From Leucoraja erinacea (Eukaryota), in the NCBI RefSeq assembly GCF_028641065.1, contig NC_073396.1, positions 1,054,001 to 1,118,000 of the forward strand: DNA of 64,000 bases, in the 5' to 3' direction. The notes below the pieces were generated by a model. The model ran no database searches. It saw only the letters and a list, made by a program, of their open reading frames with translations, and was not told the origin of the DNA. The position numbers were made by a program, and so were the translations under genes. Positions 44,376-55,500 of the stretch are shown here, piece after piece. The stretch's first letter is position 1, and each line of letters opens with the position of its first letter.

Positions 44376-46599
44376 AAGAAAGCCACTCTTGTGGTAATAG
44401 TGTTTGTGCAGCTGCTGCAGTCAGAACATAGAACAGGATGGCACAGAAACAGGCCCTTTGGCCCAGAATGTCCATGCCAAGTTAAACTAAAACCAGGTCT
44501 TTGGTCGGTGGTGAACTCTGGGATGATCTAAGTGGGTTATTTGCTGATGAGAATGTTGTTGATGTCAAGGTGAGGTGATTACTGTTCCTCTAGTTGGAGA
44601 TGGTCAATGCCTGGCACTTTCATGATGTGTACAGAGGTTGTCACGTTTCATTCACAGCAGGTATGCTTGTCATGTCTTGCTTCATTATCTGAAAATCTGC
44701 TATTGGAATCGACCACCATTGTAATTATTCAATACAAATTTTGAAAACTTGTTTTGTTGCCTTTTTTCATTGCAAATTACTTCTGCACAGTTTAGTCTTT
44801 GGTTAAAGTCTTCTTCCGGCCATATATGTAACCAGTGCATTTTTTGTAGACAAAAATGTGCTTGTACATATATCAACTAAGCCACATTTATCAACATTTT
44901 TTTTCTATGGACTCTCTTCTTCTGTGATATGATTTTGTGATCAATCAACTTCAAACTTAATAAACATTACTAAAAAATATAAAATTGACACAGGATAAAA
45001 AGTAAACATATTATTAAAATTATCATTTTTAGAGGTGCCGGTATGTCGTACCATTACAAAAAAAAGCACTGCCTGTAACCCAAGGTAGACAAAAATGCTG
45101 GAGAAACTCAGTGGGTGAGGCATCATCTAGGCGACATTTCGAGTTGAGACCCTTCTTCAAACTACTCCACTGTCTGTAACCCAATAATTTTCATATCTTT
45201 TAATACACTGCACAGATTTAACTTGTTTAAAAAAATGATAGACAGTTTTTTTTATTATAGATATAAACTTTTATGTTAACTTTGTTTTAACTTTTCAGTC
45301 TGGCCCACAAACTTGCTGGTAAAATCTTTTCCTCCTTTTACATACACTCGTGGAAATAACAAGTGACTCTTATGGATTTTTTCTTTCTGAAAAACAAAAC
45401 GATTCCACTTTTCATCTTATGAATTGAGGATGTCACAGGGAAATGGAAATCAACCCCGCACACAGTGAAATTTGAGTTGCCACTTAAAACTTTGTTTTGC
45501 TGAGAAATGAAGGTTGAGCAAATTTGTCAAACATACTTTACATTTCATAAAACCATGTTTGACCAGAGTTTATTATATTCATCTTTCCAAAATGATTTTC
45601 CTCTGATTATTCACTCCAGCAGCTTGCCAGTAATATAGCTGTTAGTTGGATTAGTTGGATAACTGGATTTCTCTTCGTTCTGACTTTTTTGGATGAGGGA
45701 ATTATGTTGGCTCTTCTACAATCTTCTGGAAGTCTCCTTTAAATCCCCACCTCCTTTCTCCTTTGGCCCGTTCTTTAGGAAAACTGCACAACCTGGAATA
45801 TTGATCACTCTGCAACCATGTTTCGGTAATAGCAATTACATCGGACAACTTATTAAGAAAGAACTGCAGATGCTGGAAAAATCAAAGGCAAGACAAAAAT
45901 GCTGGAGAATCTCAGCGGGTGAGGCAGCATCTATGGAATGAAGGAGTAGGTGATGTTTCAGGTCGAGACTCTTCAAGACAACTTAAAGTAGTACTTAAGA
46001 AGTTTTTAAGAAGGAACTGCAGATGCTGGTCTGAAGAAGGGTTTCGGCCCGAAACGTTGCCTCTTTCCTTCGCTCCATAGATGCTCCACTGAGTTTCTCC
46101 AGCGTTTTTTTGTGTACCTTAAAGTAGTACTTTATTGGACCTCGTGAAACACGAGGCATTGGAAATGATTTCCACACGGCCTGTTTTGAAAACATTTGTC
46201 ATTATATACTAACTAAATATCAAAGTGAATCTGAGAAGAAACCCCAGCAATTTGAACTTTGTCAAAATATTAAATTAGTTTTGACTGCTGCCTTAATGGA
46301 ACTTTAAATGTGGATTGAGGTAGGAACAGCAACAACATTTAAAAGACATATGGTTCTGTCTTTAAATAAGGCAAAATTCAGCCCATAAAAACTGTTTGGC
46401 ACAATAACATCTAAACTCAGAGTGAAAGGCAGAGTTCTTTAGCATTACCGTTACATGTGGGAGAAAGAAATGTATCACCCAGATCTGATGTGTCACAGAT
46501 GTAGAGGGAGGTGGGCAAATTAGAAAAATTTAGATGGGGCATTTTGGTCGGTATGAAGTAAAAGGGGTGTCTTGGATTGCATGGAATATATGGGGCATT

Positions 46600-46915
46600 A
46601 TAGACAATAGGTACAGGAGTAGGCCATTTGGCCCTTCGAACCAGCACCACCATTCAATGTGATCATGGCTGACCATCCCCAATCAGTACCCCGTTCTTGC
46701 CTTCTCCCCATATCCCCTGACTCCGCTATCTTTAAGAGCCCTATCTAGCCCTCTCTTGAAAGTATCCAGAGAACCGGCCTCCACCGCCCTCAGAGAATTC
46801 CACACACTCACAACTCTCTGTGTGAAAAAGTGTTTCCTCATCTCCGTTCTAAATGGCTTGCCCCTAATTCTTAAACTGGCCCCTGGTTCTGGACTCCCCC
46901 AACATCGGGAACATT
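46600..46915 (-). mobile_element. CR1-like LINE 3' end
   Basis: Same ORF2 C-terminus and 3' UTR. Confidence 0.85.
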
Positions 46916-47539
46916 TTGGTCAGCATGGACCATGAGACATCTTGGTTGGCATGGAGTAGGGAAGGCATGTTATCTATTCAGCATGGATTAGATGATGGAT
47001 CTTGGTCAGCATGGACTAAATGGAGCGTCTTGGCCAGCATCGTTAGATGGGCCAAAGGGCATGTGCCGTGCTTTTTGGGTCTGTGTAGATGATATAAAGA
47101 CAGCAGATAGAAACACAATGCTGATGTAACTCAGCAGGTCAGGTAGCATCTTTGGAAATAAGGAATATGTGATGTTTCAGGTGAGAACCCTTCTTCAGGC
47201 CTTCAGTTTAAACCAGCACCTGCTGTTCCTCCCGACACATGACATGATGGGTTGGGTGATGAGCTGCCATGAGTGAGTAACTGAGTGGGTGAGGGAGGGA
47301 GGGAGTGAATGAGGGAGTGAGTGAATGGGTGGGCGAGTGCTTGAGGGAGGTTATGAGTGAGGGGGCTGTGTTGAGGGGGAGTCAGTGAGAGGTGGAGGGT
47401 GAGGGAATGAGATGAGAGTTAGTGAGGGTGAGTGAGTGAATTAGTGGGAGAGTTAGTGAGGGTGAGGGCCCTGTGTTGAGGGTGAGGAGTGAGTGAGTGA
47501 GTGAGTGAGTGAGTGGTGAGTGTTGAGGGTGAGGGAGGG

Positions 47540-47726
47540 CGGGCCTCCCCTCCTCGCCGCGCGCTCTGACTCTGACTCCGCCCGCCCGCCCCGGGCTCGA
47601 GTTGAAGCGGCCGCCGAGCGGCGGGAGTCAGGCCCGGGGATCGGGGATCGGGGATCGCGCCGCCAGGCCCCGGCTTCCCTCCCAGCTGCGGCCCGACACA
47701 AACCACAGGCCGTGGCTCCGGCGGCG
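47540..47726 (+). promoter_or_regulatory. INTS15 CpG island and putative non-coding exon 1
   Basis: GC boxes and CpG density; GCG|GTGAGT donor at 47727; matching acceptor at 49360-49361 just before the ATG. Confidence 0.6.
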
Positions 47727-47804
47727 GTGAGTGAGTGAGTGAGTGAGTGAGGAGCGGCGGCGGGAACACACGGGCTCCGGCATCACCCGGCCCGGCCTGA
47801 GGGT

Positions 47805-48290
47805 GAGAGGGAAGGAGTGAAGAAGGAGTGAGTGAAGGAGGGAAGGAAGGAGGGAGAGAGGGAGTGAAGGAAGGCAGAGAGGGAAGGAGTGAAGGTAGGA
47901 GAGAGAGAAGGAGTGAAGGAAGGAGGGAGAGGGAAAGAGTGAAGGAAGGAGGGAGAGAGTGAAGGAAGGAGGGGGTGAGTGAAGGAGGGAGGGAGTGAAG
48001 GAAGGCAGAGAGGGAAGGAGTGAAGGTAGGAGTGAGTGAGGGAGGGAGGGAAGGAAGGAGGGAGGAAGAGAGGGAAAGAGTGAAGGAAGGAAGGAGTGAG
48101 TGAAGGAGGGANNNNNNNNNNNNNNNNNNNNNNNNNNNNNNNNNNNNNNNNNNNNNNNNNNNNNNNNNNNNNNNNNNNNNNNNNNNNNNNNNNNNNNNNN
48201 NNNNNNNNNNNNNNNNNNNNNNNNNNNNNNNNNNNNNNNNNNNNNNNNNNNNNNNNNNNNNNNNNNNNNNNAAGGAAGGAGGGAGGGGAT
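47805..48290. repeat. Purine-rich (GAGT/GGAA) low-complexity tract containing an assembly gap
   Basis: GA-rich repeats; N run at 48112-48271 (160 N). Confidence 0.95.
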
Positions 48291-49367
48291 GCTGGAAAAG
48301 CTCAGGCCTTGATGTTCTGCGTTTGGGCGGCGCCTGCCCCATCCCTGTCCACAGAGAAGCCGTTTGCAGGCGGCTACAGCAGAGAGAGGGAGGGGGGGAG
48401 GGGGGAGGGGGGAGAGGAACACCCTCGCCAGGAACCGGCTCACCTCTACCCCACTGTGGACATTGGACCTTGTCTCTGGACCTGGTGCTGTCAACTATAT
48501 TCTGTACTTTATAAGTTCCCCTATGCTCTACCTATTGTACATACGTTTGAACTAATTGTATTTGTCAATAGTATTATCTGATCTGTTTGGATAGCACGTA
48601 AAACCTTTCACTGTACCTTGGTACACGTGACGTTCATAAGCCTAAACCTAGAGATGTTCCATAGATGGTGGCCAGGACACCTAGACCATCGCCTCCACTT
48701 CCTCCTGCATCTTGGTGGCATGAGTAGAGATGCAGTCTTCCATTGAAGTCCTGCTATTGTAGTATTATGGCATTGTAGTACTAGTTTCTACAAGCGTTTA
48801 TTTTTCCCCAGTGTGAGATTTGAACCCAGGAACATTAGCCTCAAATTAGAATGTACTGCCAGCTAGGTCTGCAAACATACAGCATGGAGCAGTAGTCCAA
48901 AGCAACTTCTAAACTCCACCATTCACACATCTTGAGTCAAGATGGTTTATAAAATAATATTTATTAACCAAATTCGGCAGTCAACCAAGATGCTTAAATG
49001 AACAATCTTAAGCTACTTAGGACAACAATCTGCCATAAACACCATCAAGAGGGACCGATATGTGTCCTCGCACCTTTCAATCCACACTAAAATATGTTAG
49101 TAAACATATTTAAACTTTTGTGGACTTGAATTTAAATTATAATGTTATCAAGGCCAAATGTCCAATTGTGTCTGATTTGTCTGAAGAAGGGTCTCGACCC
49201 AAAATGCCACCCATACCCTCTCTCCAGAGATTCTGCCTGTCCCTCTGAGTTACTCCAGCATTTTGTGTCTATCTTTACTTCAAATCTGTTATCTCCCTTC
49301 TGTGGAATGAAATGGTAACTAGTGTTTTGAAGTTATGCTGAAGATTTTTGTGTGTCTGCAGGATAAG

Positions 49368-49559
49368 ATGACGGATATTCGCCACTCCCTATTACGCCGC
49401 GATGCTTTAAGTGCCGCGAAAGAACTCCTGTACCATCTGGACATTTTCTTCAACAGCCAGCTGCAGAATGTCCCTGGATCACTGGTTGACAAATCCACCA
49501 TTGAGCTGGTCGAGGAATTTATATTTCAACTTCCAAAAGAACGTAATGCTCAACCAAAA
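49368..49559 (+). CDS. INTS15: INTS15 coding exon 1
   Basis: MTDIRHSLLRRDALSAAKELLYHLDIFF...KERNAQPK. Confidence 0.95.
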
Positions 49560-52500
49560 GTAAGTTGTACAAGATAATTTCAGAAGATCTATAATTTACC
49601 ATTTTAAAAACTACCTACTGTCCCTCTGAGTTACTCCAGCATTTTGTGTCTATCTTTACTTCAAATCTGTCAGGCAATGCCCTTTTTGAGAATGGGGTCT
49701 AGGCTTGAAACATTTATCCATTTGTTGAAGAAGTGTCCAGACCCAAAACATTGCCTATCCAGAAATGCTGCCTGACCTGCTGAGTTACTCCAGCACTTTG
49801 TGGAGTTGCTCTCGCGTCTGCAGTTCCTTGTGTCTCCATTCATCCATCTCTTCTTGTCATAGACGATGACAGACCTTTAGAGAATGTTCCATATGTGATA
49901 GGTTAAGCATAAACTAGCATGAATAAGGAAGCTCCAAATTTTTGAAACTTGGGCAACATGCTTGATTGAGTAACTCTTCCTTTTGTCTCCATAATCAATC
50001 ATAAACTACATTATTTGTCAGTATTTGCATGATAGAGGAACTTTATTTGAGACAGTCATACCCATAAAAAGGCAATATGGGTTAAGCATACAACTAGCAT
50101 GAATAAGGAAGCTCCACATTTTTGAAAAGCGTAAAAAATGCTTGATTGAGTTTGTCAAAGTGGTTTTAACCTTCTTGACGGGACGACCTTACTCCCGTAG
50201 CCGGCGGTGGGCGTCCTCGTTGGGGCAAGCGAGCTCCTGCATTGGGGGGGGGGATCTCAGCTTCCCTGCGCCGGGTGATCTACCCCGGGTCGGGACTAGT
50301 GGAATGTTGTGCGGCTTTTGGAGCTTCCTGACGTCGGTCTCTTACCTGAGACTGCGAGCTCCTTGATGTTAAAGTCCGCAGGCCGCGGTTGGAGAGTCGA
50401 TCCCAGACAAAGGATCGGCTGCGATGGTAAGTCCACACCCCCGCGTTGGGGCTCCAAGTCAGTCCCGAGCATGACCTCCAGCTCCATGATGTTAGGCTGC
50501 AGAGCGACCGGAGATACGACCCGGAAAACAATCGTATATCTCCGGCAAGGTTAGAGTTTGAAAAAAGGTTTCCTCCCGATCCCCTCCCCCACCCCCCACA
50601 TAAAACAAACCAGAGAACATTAACACAAATGTGGAGAAACGGCAAGTAATTCATGTAATTCTTTACTACTGAGCTCATTTTTTTTAGTACTTTCTGGTGG
50701 TTTTACAACATTTTAAAGTAATTTTAATCAGTTAGTTTTGTATGTTGGTGAATAACAGAGACATTCTCAAATACTCAGGCTGTTTTTATCTTGTGTTCGG
50801 GCTCGTAACAAAGTTAATTTGGTTGCCAAAAGCACTTCTGTCAGCTATGCAGGACCTCAGTTCAAGACGGTTTAAATAGCGATATCTATTCTGCAGAAGA
50901 TCTCAGGAATGAGTAGGTTAACATATGATGAGCATTTGACGGCACTGGGCCTTTACTCGCTGGAGTTTAGAAGAATGAGGGGGGACCTCATTGAAATGTA
51001 CAGAATAGTGAAAAGCTTGGATAGAGTGGATGTGGAGAGGATGTTTCCACTAGTGGGAGAGTCTAGGACTAGAGGTCATGGCCTCAGAGCCAGCATCCCC
51101 ATTCAATATGATCATGGCTGATCATCTAAAATCAGGATACACAGAAAAGCTGGAGAAACTCAGCGGGTGCAGCAGCATCTATGGAGCGAAGGAAATAGGC
51201 AACGTTTCGGGCCGAAACCCTTCTTCAGACTGATCGGGGGTGGGGGTGGGTGGGGACAAGAAAGGGAAAAGGAGGAGTAGCCAGAAGGCTGGAGGGTGGG
51301 AGGAGACAGCAGGGGAGCTGAGGAAGGGGAGGAGACAGCAAGGACTAACAGAATTGGGAGAATTCGATGTTCATGCCCCGGGGGTGTAGACTCCCCAAAC
51401 GGAATATGAGGTGCTGTTCGGCCCGAAACGTTGCCTATTTCCTTCGCTCCATAGATGCTGCTGCACCCGCTGAGTTTCTCCAGCTTTTCTGTGTAACCTT
51501 CGATTCTCCAGCATCTGCAGTTCCCTCTTAAACACCATCTAAAATCAGGAACCCGTTTCTGCTTTTTCCCCGTATCCCTTGATTCCTTTAGCCCCAAGAG
51601 CTAAATCATACTCTTAGATTCACCTCTCAAGGAGCTGAGAAATTTCTTTAGTCGGAGGGTGGTGAATCTGTGGATTTCTTTGCCACAGAAGGCTGTGGAT
51701 ATTTTTAAGGCATAGATAGATAGATTCTTAATTAGTACGGGTGTCAGAGGTTATGGGGAAAATGCAGAAAAGGGAGCGATAAATCAGCCATGATTGAATG
51801 GCGGAGTGGGTTTGATGGGCCGAATGGCCTAATTCTGCTCCTATCACTTATGACTTTAAGAACTGGATTGGGGACAGATGAATTCCGATTATGCTGTTTC
51901 CGCTGATTATAAGCTATTTGGGCTATTTTGTCTCCAGTGATGTGTGTCCTTTTTTGTATTTCATTGTGCTTTCTTCTGTACTAACCTTTAGTTTCCTTTA
52001 TTGCAAGAGATTGAGTTCATTGCAGGAGCTACAACTGCTGGAGATCATGTGTTGTTATTTCCAAGAACAAAGTAAAGATGCAGTTCGACAGATCATCTTC
52101 TCTGCACTGTTTGGTCCTCAGGGTAATAAAGCTGATGACAATAGACTGGCTATGTTGGGGAAACTCGTCTCCATGGCCATAGCAATCTGTCGTGTTCCCA
52201 TTCTGGAATGTACTGCCATGTGGTTACAGGTATGTCCCGCCCTCTGAAAGCGTAAGGTAAAATATTGGAATGTTGCAAAGTAAATGGCTATCCAATAATA
52301 ATGAATGAAAGTAGAGTGTGTGATTTGTTCCACCTTTTTGTTTGTTTTGTGAAGAGAGAGAGATTATTAGTTGATGCAAGTGAAGAATGTCTGCTTCCCC
52401 ATCCACTGCCCCACCCCGCCTTTACAGCTTTCTCCACCCCTTCCCTTCTACTATCCGTCTGAAGAAGGGTCCTGACCCAAAACATCATCTGTCCATTCCC

Positions 52501-55500
52501 TTCCTGATGCTGCCTGACCACTGTGTTGGTCCAGCATCTGTTTTGCCCGAGAATATTTTACTTAGTATGACTGTATGGTAACTCAAATTTCACTGTACCT
52601 TAATTGGTACATGTGACAATTAAATTGAATCTTGAATTTCTATGTATAATGTTTATAAAAAATAATGTTTTATATCTGTGCATGAAACTTTTCTGTCTTA
52701 CCAAACCAACAGCACTATATTGTGTGTGCACTGTTACACCTTTAACTTTTAAATGTTTAAAAAACTTTAAAATTAAATCCATCCTTGCATTTGTCATTTA
52801 TTGATATCTAACATTAAAGGTGTTTGAAATTAAATCACAATTGAATTAATTTAGATGACCTATGCAATGATTTGAAGATAGACACAAAGTACTGGAGGAA
52901 CTCGGTGAGACAGGCAGCTTCTCTGGAGAGAAGGACTGGGTGACTTTTTGGGTCTAGACATCACTCAAACCTTCTCTCCAGAGATGCCGCCTGTCCCGCT
53001 GAGTTACTCTAGCACTTTGTGTCCATCTTCGGTGTAAACCAGCATCTGCAGTTCCTTCCTACACATTTCATGTGCAATGATTTTTCTCTGTGGCTGTGTT
53101 GCAGAGAACACACGCGGTATTCTGTGTGAAACTTGCGAAGGTCTTGGTGGAGGATTACTGCATTCTGGTGCCTGGCTCTGTACAGACACTCAAGCGGATT
53201 GTTCACGCCAGTCCACGCTTCTGCTGCCAGCTGATCACTGCAGTCACTGCCCTCTATGACCTCTCCACAGGTATGGTATTGACACCATCTTTAAAAAGCA
53301 CCTGTTTGAATCGTTTTACCTTTCACAATTTTACAATGTACTGCACATATTCTTGCTTTGTTCTGTGATTATGTTATTTTTTCATTGATGGGAATATTGA
53401 AACCTCTAATTCATTTGTTCCTGTTTTTCTCTTCTGCTATAATTACTTATTATATCATCTTCCATCTCTAAACCTTTATGGTTATCATGTACTTTTGCAC
53501 ACGTGAGGCAATAAACTGACCTGAACTGGTTGCAGTATCTTTAAAGAAGGTTTGTGGGGGGAACGGGGTGACATAGCAGTAATGCTGCCTTTTCTCTGAG
53601 CTCAGTTGTTCTATAGACAATAGGCAATAGGTGCAGGAGTAGGCCATTTGGCCCTTCGAGCCAGCTCCGCCATTCAATGTGATCATGACTGATCATCCCC
53701 AATCAGTACCCCGTTTCTGCCTTCTCCCCATATCTCCCCCTGACTCGTCTATTTTTAAGAGCCTTGTCTAGCTCTCTCTTGAAAGTATCCAGAGAACCGA
53801 CCTCCACCGCCCTCCGAGGCAGGAAATCCCACAGACTCACTACTCTCTGTGAGAAAAAATGTTTCCTTGTCTCCGTTCTAAATGGCTTACTCATTATTCT
53901 TAAACTGTGACCCCTGGTTCTGGACTCCCCCAACATTGGGAACATGTGCCCTGCCTCTAGCGTGTCCAAGCCCTTAACAATCTTGTTCTGTTGCAGATGA
54001 CCTGATTCCTCCACAAGATCTGCTGGAGATGGTCGTATCCTGGGTGTTCGAGGATCCACGGTTGACACTCATCACGTTCTTGAACAGTGCAGCGAATCTC
54101 CCACGCGGGTTTCTGGAGCTGACACCGCTGCCAGGCCTGATCCGCTGGTGTGCACTTGCACCACTAGCTTACAAAAGGAACTGCAAGACTCCCTCAGCAC
54201 CAAGCTTTGTGAATGGGCACAGCAACAAAATGTGCAAGGAGGTTGAAAGTGACGGAAACAAGGACATCAAGATCCTTTACTCAAAGCTGCATCTAAGTGT
54301 CCTTCAAGTCCTTATGATTCTTCAGGGCCATTTAACGGAGAAAAACTTGTACGGACGGTTAGAACTCATCATGTTCGATCACATCGAACGGCTTGTTGGA
54401 GACATTAACAAATTGGTTAAAGAACTGAACCTTTCGAATCCCGTGAAGGAGGTTGAACTGGCGTTGGACAGGTTAGCTCAAGCTCTGCAAGTTGGTATCG
54501 CATCAGGAGCGCTGCTGTGTGCCCGAGGTAAGCTGAGGACATTACTTAGAAACAAGCAACTGCACATCCTGGCTCCTGGCTTCCTCCTTTGTGTGCAAAA
54601 GGATACAAGCTGCTGGAGTAACACAGTGGGTCAGGTAGCATCTGTGGAGAACATGGATAGGTGATGTTTCACAGAGTGCTGGAGTAACACAGCGGGTCAG
54701 GCAGCATCTGTGGAGAACATGGATAGGTGACGTTTCACAGAGTGCTGGAGTAACTCGGGTCAGGCAGCATCTGTGGAGAACATGGATAGGTGACGTTTCA
54801 CAGAGTGCTGGAGTAACACAGTGGGTCAGGCAGCATCTGTGGAGAACATGGATAGGTGACGTTTCACATTGAGTTCTCCAGTGATGCTGCCTGATCTGCT
54901 GTGTTACTCCAGCACTTTGTATCCTCTTCAGGACCTAACTGTGTTGAAATAAATTAATTGGGTTATCTTGCAGAAAGGTTGTTGAATATAATTCAGTTAC
55001 ATTCCTTAGCCAGACTCTTTGATTATTGAAAATATGAAACAATTTACATTATGTGGTTTTTCTTTGATATTCTGTTTTTGTTTTCATATTATGACCAGAA
55101 GTTATATCATCCCAAAGTTATAACAGTAATTGTAGGGTACTTTCCCAGAAGGTGAGGTCAAATAAGTAGGCAAAGGGTAAATCAGTCACTGTGGGATTTT
55201 TAGTGACCCAGTTCAAGTGAGTAGTTCAAGCATTGCTTCAGTAGATATTTAGTAGACATATTGTTCAATAAACAATGATATTGTGCTTGAGAAACTAGAA
55301 ACCGATCTAAACTCCGAAGTATGTTCCAGATCTAAAATGTCACCAATCCATGTTCTCAACAGATGCTGCCTGACCCGCTGAGTTACTCCAGCACATTATC
55401 TTTTTTTGTAAACCAGCATCTGCAGTTTATCCATTAAATTGACAATATTGTTTTAACTATATTTTATTTAACTCTGATATATTGATTGAATTTATTAATT

